Below are positions 38,841 to 52,773 of a stretch of 64,000 bases of DNA, piece after piece; the first letter of the stretch is position 1, and each line of letters opens with the position of its first letter. The notes beneath the pieces are model-generated. The model searched no databases. It was not told the origin of the DNA and saw nothing but the letters and a program-made list of their open reading frames with translations. Both the position numbers and the translations under genes were made by a program. Source of the stretch: the human T2T-CHM13v2.0 reference genome, Homo sapiens; assembly GCF_009914755.1 (NCBI RefSeq), contig NC_060933.1; one strand, 5' to 3'.

Positions 38841-39924
38841 AGAGGGAAAGTGTCTCTCCTGGAGTTGTGAGTTTCACTGTCCAGAACTGGGGGAGGGGTG
38901 GCACAGCACTTCCTTGGACATCTCAGCTGTTGTCTTACTAGGTCATGTGCTCCCCAAGTCCACTGGCTCTGAGCCAAGGACAGCACCAGGACTTGTCCAG
39001 GAATTGCAGTCCTTGTGGCCTAGACTGCCTTTTAAGATTATTTAGAATCACAGAGCACTTTAGCCCACAGTGGTGAAGCTAGCTGGAATTCAAGTTCTGC
39101 CCACTGGGAAGGACGATTCCTCTCTGTGTAGGCCTGGTGTAAATGTTCCCTCCTTGGGCACTGGATGAATTCTGCTCTATGCTGCTTTTTACTGTGACAG
39201 TGCAACACTGAATTCCAATGCAAAGTCACACAGTGATTTTTCTTTTCATTCCCCAAGTATTCAGATTCTCTCTTCATGCCATGTGGTGGCTGCCAGAGAG
39301 AAAAGTGGTGTCAGCAATTCAAGACTGTGTTTCCTTACTCTCTTCAGTGTCTCCTTCCTTGATATGATGCTAAAACCAGGTACTATAATTACTCACCTGA
39401 TTTTTGGTTCTTATGAAGGTGCTTTCTTGTGTGTATAGTTGTTAAATTTAGTGTTCTGGGGCAGGAGGGTAATTCCTAAAGAGTTCTATTTGGGTATCTT
39501 GCTCCACCCCCTCTCTCTCTGAAATTTTTATAGCTATTATATTTCTTTTGCTTTTTTAATACAATTTTTTAAATGAACTTGTCAGTATCTACCAAAATAA
39601 AACCCTCGTGTATTTTGATTGGATTATACTGAATCTATATTATAAATATTCAGAGAGTTGATATTTTAAATATAATATATCTTCTAATTCCAACATATGG
39701 CATAACTTCATTTATTTAGGAACATTTTGATTTTCTTCATTAGTATTTGTTAGTTTTGAGCAGTATCTTGCATGTATTTTCTTAGCTTAAAATCTACACA
39801 TTTCAAGTTTTTTTTGTACCATTTTAAGTAGTACTGTCTTTATAAATTGAAAAAAAAGTTCAACTAGTCGTTGCTAGTATATATAAATGCTATTTATTTT
39901 ATTATACTGAACTTTTATCCTCCT

Positions 39925-40114
39925 ACATTTATAAACTGACTTATTTGTTTTAAGATTTTTTTTATTTCTTTGGATTTACTATGTGTACAATTGCTTAGTC
40001 TATGTATACTGAAAATTTACACATTATAAACTGACTTATTTGTTTTAAGATATTTTTTGATTCCTTCGGATTTACTGTGTGTACAATTGCTTAGTCTATG
40101 TATATTGAAAATTT
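39925..40114. repeat. 96-bp tandem duplication (2 copies)
   Basis: acatt(t)ataaactgacttatttgttttaaga...gaaaattt at 39925 and 40021. Confidence 0.92.
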
Positions 40115-41282
40115 TATATCTTCCTTCCAAAGCAGAATGTCTTTTATTTCTGCTCTATGTCAAATTGGACTAGCCATGACTTCCAGTATAATTCTGAATA
40201 AGAGTTATAATCAGAAAAATCCTTTCCTTATTTCTGATTTTAGGGGGAAAACATTCAGTATTTACCATTATAATATAGTATTTTCTGTAAGTTTTGTATA
40301 GATAGCATTTATAAGGTTTAGGAATAATCTTTCAAGTATTAGTATATTAAGTTTTTCATCAGGAATGGATGTTAAATTTTGTTGAATACTGTTTCTGCAT
40401 CTGTTCAGAGGCACATGCAATTTTTATTCTTAGAGTCTTTAGATTTTTGAATGTTAAATCATTTCAATTGTATTTATCCTTGCTTTCCCAGGATAAATAC
40501 CATTTGGTAATGACGCAGTAATATTTTCATATGTTCCTTCTTTGGGGTTGCTAATATTTTCTTTAAAAATTGTTTCTATATTAATTAGAAATATTGGTCT
40601 AAATCTTCGTTTTCCTATAATATGTTCTCTAGTTTTATTGTGTGGATTGTATTGGTCTTATAAAAAGTTTCAGAAAGCTCCCTTCCTCCTCTATTTTGTG
40701 AGATTATGTAAATGAATATTATTTCTTCTGTACATACTTTCCAAAATTTTTCTGTGAATCTACCTAGGCCTGAAGATTTTTTGTTGTTATTGCAATGTTT
40801 TAATTGCAAATTTAATTTCTTTTGTGGATATATTATTGGTGTGCTTAATTATTTATAAATTTTGATAAATAGCATCTTTCAAACAATGTGTTCAATCATA
40901 AGTTGTCATATTTATGGACAGAGATTTACTTGAGAAATGCCATTATTTTATTTTTTATTTATATTGGGCCAGCAGTGATATTTTTCTTTCATTACCTTGG
41001 TACTTTCTGTTCTCTTCTTTTCTCTCTCTCTCTATATATTTGTTCTTGGTCATTTGGGAAAAAGCTGTCAATTTTATTGATTCTTTTACTGTAAACCAGA
41101 TTTTTCTTTAGCTGGTTTTCTCTGTTGTTTTTCTTTTGTTCAATTTCATTTATATTTTTTATCTTGATACTTTTTTCCTTATTAATTTTGTTTTAATTTT
41201 CCATATTTTTTATTGTCTTAAGATAGAAGATTAGATTCTTGATTTAAGACATTTCTTTTTTTCTAATATAATAATGTAATGC

Positions 41283-41651
41283 TGCTATGGGCTGAATGTG
41301 TCTCCCCCAGAATTCATTTATTGAAACTGTAAACCCCAATTTAATGGTATTTGGATATGCAGCCCCTGGGAAATAATTAGGTCATGAAGGTTGGGCCCTC
41401 ATGACAAGTTTAATGTGTTTAGATAAATAAACACTAGAGAGCTGAAGTTTTCTCTCTCTACTCTTTGCTATATGAAGATACAACAAGAAGATGGCTATTT
41501 GACAAGCAGAAAGATGATTCTCATCCAAACTCCACCACACTGCTACCCTGATCTCTTGACTTCCCAGCCTCTACCATTATGACAAATAAATTTCTGTTAA
41601 GTAACCCAAGCTATGGTTTTTTTACTGTAGCATCTAGTACTGACTTACACA
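41283..41651 (+). mobile_element. Solo MaLR LTR (MLT1A-like); 5-bp TSD aatgc
   Basis: TGctatgggctgaatgtg...gacttacaCA; aatgc at 41278-41282 and 41652-41656. Confidence 0.88.
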
Positions 41652-42129
41652 AATGCTATAGAGTTTCTTCTTAGCACTGCCTTGGTAACATACCACAAAT
41701 TTTTATACGATGTGCTTTCATTGTGTCCAGCTCAAAATATTTTCTAACTTCTAAATTAAGTTAGAAATTTTGACCAATGCATTATTTGACCAATGTATTA
41801 TTCAAAGATCTGTTGTATTTTTTCCAAATAATTTGTGATTTTCTAGATGTCATTATTTACTGATTTCTAGTTTAATTCAATTATGCTCAGACAATAGACT
41901 TTATATGATTTCAATATTTTAAGCTAGATTTATAGGATTTTTTCAGATATGTATATATATTATGACAAACTGTTTTTGATGTTCACAAGGCAGCATAGAT
42001 CAGCAGCTGATAAAGTGAACTTGGAACTCAAGAGAGAGTTTATAGAGACATGTTCAACTTTGGGACAAGAAGAAAGAGTTAATAACAGGTTTAAAATGCA
42101 TTCAGAGGAGAATCTAATGTGGAATCAAG

Positions 42130-44080
42130 AAAAGCTTAAGAAATCCTACCTTTGACCATATTGGAATAAGAGAACTGGATGTATCTATCTACTTGAAACA
42201 AATAGAGAATAATAAAAACATAATTAGTTTTTAAAAGCTGGGAATTATTAAACAAAACATAATGATCCTGACAGATGCAACATATATGAGCTGAAACCTA
42301 TAACTGCAACAATTTCATTCCCTGAGAGATTTTTCAAGCCACAATGCAATGAAAGGGAGCTTGGGCAAGTGAAGCAGATAAACTGAAAAAGGGTTAGACA
42401 TCTAAGAGACAATGAAAGAGAAAGTAGCTAGAGTTTATAGATCAGGGTAGAAGAAAGGAGGGCTGCAGAGACAGAACTCAGGAGATAAACAAAGGATGTC
42501 CCTAGAATATTCATAAAAATATTAATAAGCACATGCATGTGGTGACAAAAGTATCTATGGCCAAGAAGAAAATCACACAAAATAAGAGGAAATGGTACCT
42601 GATTACTGACACAGAATTTCTAAAAATATATTTATTATTATTTTAAAATTTTTATTCCTGTTTGCTTCTTTCTACCAAACATTCTGGAAAACCTATAATT
42701 CACAGGCTATTGGGAAGAATATTTAAAAGAGAACAGTTAGCTCAAGACTAAACAATAACTATTGTCCTGTCTGAAAAATATGTTAAGCAAAACCTTATTG
42801 GATAAAAGTGTTCTAGAACAAAAGTGTTCAAAGATAAGTCCAGAAATACAAAATCATCCCACACTCAACAAGGTAAAAAACACAATGTTGGGCATCCAAT
42901 CAAACAGTGCTAGGTTTGCAGAGAAGCAAGATTGTATGACCCATTGTTGCAAGAAAAATCAATCAGTTGACACAGATTCACAACTGACACAGTTACTAGA
43001 CTTAGCCAACAAGGATATTTAGAAAGAGTTATTATAACTTGAGAATACATATATTCAAACATCTAAGGATGAAAATCACAACGACTGAGGAAAAAAAACT
43101 GGATGAGTTGATAAGAGATTAGACATTACAAAATAAAATATTAGTAAATGCAAAATTATAGAAATATCAGCTAAGACAAAATAAAGTTAAAAATATACAT
43201 CTTTATATATAACATAAATATATATTTCTGTATATTATATAACTCCTATAATATGTAATAAAAACTATATGTACACAAAACATTAGTGAACCACGGAACA
43301 ACTTTAAGCATCCTTGTAACTGAAGTCTCCAAACTGGAGTGAAAGAGTAGGGAGAAATACTTAAAGAAATGACAACTGAATTTTTCTGGATCCAAGAAAC
43401 TCAAAGAATCCAAAGCACAAAAATCATGAAGAAACTGCACGAAGAAATACTTCAATCTAATCATCCCATTGAGTATAGCTGACTTTAGAGACTCACTTCT
43501 AACAGACAATGAAAATAGAAACAAATAGTATGTTTACAGTAGAGAAACGTAACAGATATTACCTTACTCAATGATTAAGGTAAACATTATCATTGATGAA
43601 TCATTTTCCCAGTACTCTCTGATATGATATGATAAGAAAGGCACATAATCTCTGGAGTATACCTCCCTAAAATTCATAACCTTATTCTATTCATAAAAAA
43701 AACAGACACACTCATATTCAGCAAAGGAACTTAGCAGTATTCTTCAAAATGTCAGTCATGAAAGAGAAAGAAAGACTTTGAAACTGTTGAGAGGTTGAGG
43801 AGACAGGTGATATGACCACTATAGGAAAGTGATGTCCTACATTGTATCTTGGGAGGAAAAAAGGACATTAGTAGAAACACTAGGGAAGTATGAATAAAGT
43901 CTGTGGTTTAGCTAATAGTATTGCACCAATGTTAATATCTTAGGTTTGATAAATATACCATGATTATGTAACTGTTAAAATTAGGAGAAACTGGGTGAAG
44001 GGTATATGAATAGCACCTGTACTATCTTTGCAACTCTTCTTTAAAGAAATTCAAATTCATTTCAAAATATAAACTTAAAT
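42130..44080 (+). mobile_element. Old L1M fragments (5'/ORF1 remnants and an MC/ME-type 3' region)
   Basis: tttacagtagagaaac...accttactcaatgattaaggtaaacattatc; gaaactgggtgaagggtatatg...actatctttgcaact. Confidence 0.65.
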
Positions 44081-47000
44081 AGATACTATTTGCAAAGAAA
44101 TCATTCAAGTATATTTAAAACCAGAATAACTATGACTTCAGAATGCTCTGTGACCCAAAAGATATCACCGATAATGTTTGCTTGAAAAAACAATCTTAAA
44201 TTATGATTTGAAAATATTTCAGTTTGTGGTTGCTTATATTCATTCTAAAAATAAAATAGCAGTTCAAATAGATTATCTTGATATTTTCAAGTTAGAAATA
44301 TGTCTTCAAACAATATGGCACCGTTACCCCATATATTGCAAAAGTGTACACCTTGTGTGCAAGGCTGGCAGGTGTACCTGTTATTTAAAACATTCCACAT
44401 AGAACTTTTCAGATTCTGACATTTTAAAAGGGATTATTCAATATTTTCTTTTATACAAATATGAATATAAACATAAATAATCCCATGTCTTTACTATTCC
44501 TGGTCCTACTTTGATGCAGCAGAGAAGAGAAATGGGTCATAATTTTGAAAAAAGAAAAGAAAAGAAAAATGCTAGTAGTGGGAATGAGGAATTACCATTT
44601 TCCTGTTACTTTTAAAACTGTTTATAGCATAGAAGTCAGAGCAATAAGGTCATAATCTACCAAGACAGCCTCTCACTCAGCAAATACAATGAGAACATCC
44701 TTAATGTCAAGGCACCACATTAAATTGCTCTGTGGGAGACAGATGAATTTTCTAATAACCAATTTTGCATTCTTAGGAGGCTTTCTCACCATTTACCATT
44801 GCCAGGTTTTCTGCTGTTTTGTAGTTTACCATTCTGTTGTATTTCCAGAAGGATTGCCTAGGGCAATTAGCAGTCAAGTGAAGAGAGAGATGATATGCAC
44901 CTCATCTCAAGTTGCAGTTGACACTGAATAAATATTTCTGGTACTGTGTAATAATCATATTGCTGTGTTTAAAAAAATCTGTAACAAAATCTTCACAATC
45001 GTTCAGTGGGCCCTGTTTCAAATACTGCTGCACTTCTGAGGCTCATTCTCAAAAATGGAGGAGAAATTTAACTATATTTACACCTAAAATATAATCCTTA
45101 CAGACAAGAAGGAATTGGAATAGCCCTGCAATACCTGTGATTCAGATGAACTTAACTCTGCCTTTTGCTCTTACCAGAAAGGCACAGTGTCATATTTTGG
45201 CCACCACACAAATTCGGAAACTAGGAATCATCCACAAGAAGAAACTATTTTGTTGCCTTTTTTTTCTACAAAATAATTCTGCGTTGATAGTTTGAGAAAA
45301 TAATATAAATCAAAAGCCATAAGGCAATTAAAGACATTATAGTGATTTTTGCCTAGTGAAATTATCAGTTAGAGGATGATCGTTAAAATTGCACACTGCA
45401 TACACTTCAGTCTTGAAAGATTGGCAGCTCCCTCTACTGTTTCTCTGGGTGAGGTGCGAGAAATCAAGTCTCACCCCTTTGTGTAATTTCCTTTCCTGTG
45501 ATGCTGGACTTTCACAGCTTGTCAATTAATGGCCTTCAAACTGGCAAGCTTTCAAACACTGGCTGACTTTCAGTAGTCTGATGGCACCTTTAGGACACCT
45601 GCTTCGAAGACCGATCTACTTCAAAAGAAAGCTTGATACTTCTATTAAAGCAAGACATGTGAATCACACTCTTTCTTTGAAGCTTTCTATTTCTGGGTAT
45701 ATCCGTCTGGTCTGTTTACAACAGATGCAGGCTTCTTCTGAAAAGCAGTCCTCCTGGCAATAAAAATTTGTGGCTTCAGAATCTGATTTCTTTTGCATTT
45801 TTTGCGGAAACATTCATTATTTTTTATAAAGCTCAGATTGGTTTGCATCTATTCTTCTAGACCTCATTCATATCACATGTAAAACCAACTTTTTCATGTT
45901 TTGTCCTGCTAGATACATTTCTCATAATGCAGTCTTCATTTCTTTTAACCATGCTTTTGTTATTGTGACTACAGAGAAAAGGGGAAAGAAACAGGTGCTA
46001 TCGTCTCTCTAAATAGAATATTCCAGGAACTTGTCTGCATTTGTAATTCCTTTTCTATACACTGAGAAGATCTTTTAAATAGCCTGGAAGAAAAGTATTC
46101 ATTATACTATAGTGGCTCAACTATTGCAGCTTAAGACACAAGGATAAAATAACCTGCTTCATTTGTTAAAACATGTAGAAGCATAATTACTTTCTTTTCT
46201 CCTTAAAATAAAATTTAGCACAACAGTACAGATTCTCTATTAGAAGTTCATTTAAAACATATAAGAAAATGAATAAAAGAAGTAAACTTCACTTCATCCC
46301 AGTATCTGTTCTTAGAAATAATACCATTTATTTAAAAGAAAATACACACATTTTTGATAGAGTTTTCTATACTAAACTAACCATGGTTACTATTACTTTT
46401 CAAATGAATTGACAGTATTTTTTCCAAAAAATATCTTTTAAAGATAACAAGGGTAGGCCAAATATAAAGGACAAAGTAAAACATACTTTTATTAGAAAAT
46501 AATGACTTTGTTATTTGTGTAACTATGAATTACTCTGTGTATAATGGCAATAGTATTGTGTATCTCTTGATGTCAGGTAGTTGTTCCTTATTACAATGAG
46601 ACTAAATGTAGAGACAATTTCATGGACTGACAAATGTATAAGAAAATATTTCTCCCTCTTCTCTTTCCTTCTTCAAGGTGCTGTAAGGCAGTGTTGAGTT
46701 TACAATAATAAAACAGATACAGATGCTATATGTGAAATGCTTTCAATTTTGAAAGGAAGATGTTATATACATAAATAAACATGAGTTAAAATGCTAAGAG
46801 CCTTACAAAAGTAGAGAGTTAGTATTTAAGGAATTTGAAGCAAATATTATTTAAGTAGATAGGGAAAAATCAAATTCCTGAACAGTATACCTTGAGAAAA
46901 TACGTCTGTTTCTACATAGCAATGAAGCAATCATGTCAATTAAGATAAAAAATGTCAATTTTAACACATAACCAGATTGCAGAATATCTCACACTGATGT

Positions 47001-47614
47001 TCCTTGACAGCTAGATGTTTCACTATTTATGGCAAATTCTTCATGGACTTTACAGCCTAGAGCCTTGAAGATGTAATGAATAATGATACTCACACTCTTA
47101 TCATTTGATCATTCAACATTTTTTTACTCATTCAACAAAATTATGAATACAAAATATTTCTTGGCACATGAAAAGAAAATATTGAAATGCATAAAACTAA
47201 ATGAATTGAAATGGAAATAAAAGAATCATAATTCAAATTTTAGTAGAAATTTAAATTAGTCCTCCTTAGTCAAAGAGCATGAAAAACATCAAGTTGGTAT
47301 GAACTAATTTTGTTATGAGTTTACCTGGATAACCAGTAAGAACCAGTTGTAGGGTTCTATATGAAAACTATCTCCAGTGCCTGTAATATCCTCTGTCTCA
47401 TTCTCTAAAATTTTATTGGAATAACTTAGCCTCGCTGTAATATGCTGCAGCATTACATCTAACATCTCATGTTATTGCAGCATTCACTGGTGCATTGTCC
47501 AAAGCCACTTAGGACAGCAGCTGAACTGCAATGGAACATTTAAATATTTTCTTGTCAGATATCTAGCTGCTAGCTTGCTATGTTGAGATCTAATAACTCC
47601 ACATTTTCATTTCC

Positions 47615-47828
47615 TTTTTTTATTATTGTACTTTAAGTTCTGGGTTACATGTGCAGAACGTGCAGTTTTGTTACATAGGTATACACGTGCCATGGTGGTT
47701 TGCTGCACGCATCAACCCGTCACCTACATTAGATATTTCTCCTAATGTTATCCCTCCCCTAGCCCCCCACCTCCTGACAGGCCCCAGTGTGTGATATTCC
47801 CCTCCCTGTGTCCATGTGTTCTCATTGT
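47615..47828 (-). mobile_element. L1PA7/8-like 3' end (~210 bp)
   Basis: ctttaagttctgggttacatgtgcagaacgtgcag...ccctcccctagccccccac. Confidence 0.9.
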
Positions 47829-50599
47829 CCATTTCAACCACAAACATATGCCATGGAAAAACAGGGCATACCTGTAGCTCCTGAGTCTGTGTATACAAAA
47901 AATTCTGACTCTAATTATGATCAGATAGCTAACTACGTTCCACTGAAATATTTTAGTTGTATAAGCAAACGCAAAGTGTGGTGTAAATACTATTCTTAAG
48001 CCTGGATATTTCTGATTCAGGTAATAAGTTAGAAGTGTCTGACATCTGTTGTTTGTAGACAAATAGTTGCTTTCATATATATTTTCTTGCCTATCTCTCT
48101 GCAAAATATCTTTACAATAATAAAGTTATCTCTTTTCTGAAGTATAATATCTACTAAGTCACTGAAAGATTAGACATTTGGCTTTGTCAAATGTGAAAGA
48201 AAAATTACACATTTATCACTCAATATTATAAAGGATTTCTGATAGAAATACATTGTTTTTTAGAAGTTCAGATGTTGTTACTAACATAGGGATGCTAGGT
48301 GCATTATTATCAACAGTGTAAATTAAGACTTTCTTTCTTCATTTTACAAATGTTAAAAAAACACATTCTTTTTAACCTGTATTTCCCAAAGATCAATAAA
48401 CAGACTTGCTATTATTCAGGCATTGTTGGTTTCATAAAGCATACTTCTTTGTAGAAAGCTTTGCCATGAAATCTCATACACTCATGTGCTTGGACACAGT
48501 CACTTCTATGTTCCTATCACTAGAATTTCATAAATTGTCTTTCATGTTTCCATATTTTGCAGATGTTACAATGTAGAGAAATATGAGGATGATACCAATC
48601 TGTGTGTTGGTTCATCATAGAACAAACTGGTGATCTAATTAAAATAACATGTTACATTTCTAAAGAAACTGATCATAAATATTGTCAGAACTGTCTAGTA
48701 CATCTACTACTCTAAGGATATCTGTCTTCCAATTGCAAATTATAATGCAATAAATTTTTACTACACATCAACATATCCTGAGTTGATTTTTCATGTTTCA
48801 TCTTGGTGTCAAGATTTTGAACTGCCTTTCTTTTCCGTGTGAAAGTGTGATCACATGAATTTCGTACTATTTGACTCAAATGTTGGCAAAGCTTTTGTAT
48901 CACATCTCCCAGGATCAAAATGACACCTTTATATTATACTAAAAAAACAGATTTGCTATGAGCAACTCTTAGATATACTTAGCAAGAATACAATAATAAT
49001 GATCATAGAATAACATGAAACAGACATGCCTGCCACTGTATTTGTATTCACAAATTTAAAATCTTTTACAGAAATGTTGAGGGTAATTTTAAGAGTTTTT
49101 TCCTTCACTATAGTTTAGCTGCATTTAAACTTCTTTCTTAAAGAGTTTATTTCTACTTAATGTGTTTTATTAGTAACATGTTCTATAGCTTAGCTTTGCT
49201 CAAACAGCAAAGAACATTGTAAATGCCTTGAACAAACTCTACCAGTTAAAGCTTTAAAATGGATAGAATCGACTTCTTGCTTCATTAACATGGTCATTCA
49301 CATAATGTAATTCTAAAACCACATGGGTGGGTCTTATGTCTAGATAAGGTAAAGACAACTAAAAACTGGTATGGCTCATGGACATTTTTCATGTTGAATT
49401 GAAGATGTAGCTCTTAATAATTGGTGTGAAAATTGGGCATGCTAAGATAAACTATAATATGACTATGGTACCTTTGGGACTTTAAATATGATTAAATTGA
49501 GGTTTTGCTTTTTGAAGTGATTGTACCAGCAAGAAAAATTGATAATAAATCAGTAAATGACAAATAACCCTGGATGCTAGAACTGTCAACTCATAGTTAA
49601 TTATCCAATGGAGAGTAATTTTTCAAGAAGATAGTGTTTGATTCCTTTTATTAAGCATATTTTTGAAGGAGTGAAACCAAATTTGTGTGATTCATCACCT
49701 TCCCAGATTATCATTGTTTATGTCCTTTTTGGAAAACAGTCCTTGTTTCTAGTCTACATTAAATCACTGTTAAGGCTTGGGGTCAGGAGAGCAAACATAC
49801 AGTAACCATATACTTAAGAGACTCAAATAGTCTGAATTATTCTTATATAATACAAATATATTTATAGTTATATACAATATATAACATGTAATATGAATAT
49901 AATTATATTGAAGATAAAATAATTATTTTTAAATATGATTATGTTTTATAAACATTAAGGAGTGTGTTGTACATATGAGTATGATTATTTCATGCTTTCT
50001 GGACTGTTTCTTAAGTAGCATTATGTTTTAACTTTCTCCAGACAGTGTAATGTGGTGGTAGCTCTTTTTACCAAACAACTGCATGATGTTCTTTTTCCCC
50101 CCGCTGAAAAAAAAATGTACTGTAGGAAGCCTTCAGACAGATACACTCCCTTTACCTCCTAACTCCATGATAAGCACTTTGTTTAACTCCAGCCCAATGG
50201 CTCTGGCTATGTATTTGCCAATAGCAATGTGCTTCTGCTGTGAGAAATCAGTGTGTAACATTGATAGTATTGGAGGTTATGGTCCCAGAACTGATGAATC
50301 CCTGAATTGTACAGAAGAATCATGTTTGCCACTTATTTTTAGGAGGAGATTAAATATGTATAGGGACAAATGCAAAAGGGAACAAGATATATCATTTTGA
50401 TTTAGTTACTAAAAAAAAAAAAAAAAAAAAAGAATGGTGAAGCCCATGGACACTGGTAGATTGCCTGGAACCTAAGACCAAAAGGGCTGAGACTTAAAGG
50501 ACTTCTGCCTACCATGTTTGACCAAGAAAGAAGGAACCTGTGTGGAAAAAAAATAAGAATTTGTGAGTGCAAATGTCCAGGCCTACTCCCATGTGGCAA

Positions 50600-50742
50600 T
50601 AAGCAATAATGATTTATTTTGTTAAAGCACATACTTTGTGCCAATAGTATAATAAGAGTTTTTATGAATTATCTTCTTTCATCTTCATGTTATCATATAA
50701 GTTTTTATCTGCATTGTCCTCAATTGCATATGAGGACATTGA
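50600..50742 (-). mobile_element. MIR fragment
   Basis: aagcacatactttgtgccaa...tcctcaattgcatatgaggacattga. Confidence 0.45.
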
Positions 50743-50876
50743 TTTGTTTTTATTAGTGTTTTTTTACTTATTCATATTTTCTATATCCTCTTGAATACAT
50801 TTTTAATTTTGTCTACAAAAATGTTTTGCTTTGTTTTTGAAATTTATTAAAATAATGTAATTTATTTTAATCTTAT

Positions 50877-51007
50877 AAAACCAGAGACCTTTGTTCACAT
50901 GTTTATCTGCTGACCTTCTCTCCACTATTATCCTATGACGCTGCCACATCCCCCTCTCCGAGAAACACCCAAGAATGATCAATAAACACTAAAAAAAAAA
51001 ATAAAAA
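50877..51007 (+). mobile_element. Severely 5'-truncated SVA (SINE-R end, SVA_A/B-like) with poly(A)
   Basis: aaaaccagagacctttgttcacatgtttatctgctgaccttctctccactattatcctatgac...gagaaacacccaagaatgatcAATAAAcact followed by an A tract. Confidence 0.9.
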
Positions 51008-51123
51008 GAAAGAAAGAAACACTGTCAATTAAATTCTGACATGCTACCTGTTGTGGGATGCAACTCGATTTCAGAGATATTAAAATTTGGGGGAAAAGTG
51101 TATCTTAAAATCACTGAAATGTA
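51008..51123 (-). mobile_element. MER104-like (Tc2) DNA-transposon remnant
   Basis: gatgcaactcgatttcagagatattaaaatttgggggaaaagtgtatcttaaaatcactgaaat matches the recalled MER104 end. Confidence 0.6.
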
Positions 51124-51654
51124 TTTTGTATCTCATTGCTTTCTATATAACCATTATAACATGATTAGATTGTTGTAATTAGGCAAAAATGAATCTCCTT
51201 ATAATTAAAAAAGATAAAATATCAATATTCTCTAAAACTATTGCTTTTTCTCCTTAATATTTTTGTACTTTTCTCTTTTTACATTACATGTTTTGCTAGT
51301 GACTTAACACTTTCTGAAAATCCGCTTTGAGTTTATTGAAGCTGTTTTCTTGGGGGTTTCAAATTTTCTGTTTATTGTTGTTGTACAGTTTAACAGCTTT
51401 GTAAAAATAGCCTGTGAACTCTGATTATTTAACACTTGCTGATTTCTATATGTCTCCATAAATGGCCGAGTTATAAAAATACCGCCTCAAAGTTCAAAAT
51501 TTGTCTGATGTTATGTTTTATAGGTTCCATTAAGTCCAGTTTGATAACTGCAGTATTCAAAACTTCCTTGTCTTTGCTATGTTTTCATCAGAGAGAGGTA
51601 AGTTAATCTATTACTATGCATTTCAGAGAGAGGTAAGCTCATCTATGGCTATAT

Positions 51655-52640
51655 TGGAAGTTATGGAAAATTGAATGATTGCCTAACCATTATTTGCCCT
51701 TTTCATTTCCATGAGTTTGTAACTTTGTAGGTCTTCCTGTAGACCTACAAAGTAAAATTTTTTTGTGACACTTTACCTACTTGACTTGCTTTAAACCATG
51801 TGATGTTAGCAGACATTGTATAAGTAGGAGCTTGTAATAGGTTTGTACACTGAGGCTTGCCCCTTAATTATTCTCCTTTTGAAGAACAGTGCTTCTCCCA
51901 GGTAGCTGCTGTTACTAGAATGATCACTTGTGGAGAACACTACTAGACTTGATTATCTGTATAATGCAAGCTGAGCTGTAATTGCAGCTTCAAACAGAGC
52001 TGCCAAACTGAATCTGTAATGGGTTACCACAGTTTTTAAAAATATACTCTAATCATCCACTTACTTTTTCTTCCTTCCACTTTCACCTCTTCGTTCCTTC
52101 CTTTAGACACTTCTTTCTTTATGGCAATGCATGCTTATCTAATTATGATCTTGCTTAAGAAATCCAAGAGGATAGTCATGAAACAAACCAGAATCCTCCT
52201 GCTTAGGGGCTGCTGTAAACAATTAGTTCACCATCATGGATAACATCAACCAGATCTCTGGATGTGGGATTACCCAAGAGAGCCATAGGAACAAGACACA
52301 TAACCCCTGTACTCCACACATCTCCAGCATGTCTCCCATACCAAGTTTCTCTTTATAAACACTATGATAAATTTCAGAATTTAAAATGGCACTTTAGAAC
52401 ACTAGTTGGCCATCTTCTCAGTTTGCTGGCTCTCGGATTAAAACTGCTTTTCCTCTTAACAAACCTCATCTCTTATGTTTGGCTTCTGCAACCAAACCTT
52501 GGTCTGGTTACAAATTCACCCTGAATTAGCTGATCTCCAGCCAACCCACACCTGTGAGAGGAACAGATTCTTGTTATATGCCACTGTAGTTCCATTGTTG
52601 GATTTTATGAAGTATTACTATGGAAGTATCTAACTGATTT
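51655..52640 (+). mobile_element. Old MLT1 LTR (H-like) split by a MER67 LTR
   Basis: gacttgctttaaaccatgtgatgttagcagac before the insert; cctgtgagaggaacagattcttgttatatgccactg after it. Confidence 0.6.
52015..52512 (+). mobile_element. Solo ERV1 LTR, MER67-like
   Basis: TGtaat...catgtctcccataccaagtttc...ggtctggttaCA; near-TSD aatc/aatt. Confidence 0.8.
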
Positions 52641-52728
52641 AGGGTTTTGTTATTTTCTCATTTTAATTTGTCAGCATTATACTCATTTTTATAGTTCATG
52701 CTGCCTACAATTATATAAACATTTAGGT

Positions 52729-52731
<3 letters not shown>

Positions 52732-52770
<39 letters not shown>
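52732..52770. repeat. (TG)n microsatellite, ~19 perfect units
   Basis: Direct reading. Confidence 0.97.

Positions 52771-52773
<3 letters not shown>

Larger units (their letters stand above)
39530..41930 (-). mobile_element. Old L1M (MC/MD-like) ORF2 fragment
   Basis: Antisense ORF2-like text (tttcatcaggaatggatgttaaattttgttgaatac; ctgtgaatctacctaggcctgaaga). Confidence 0.75.
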
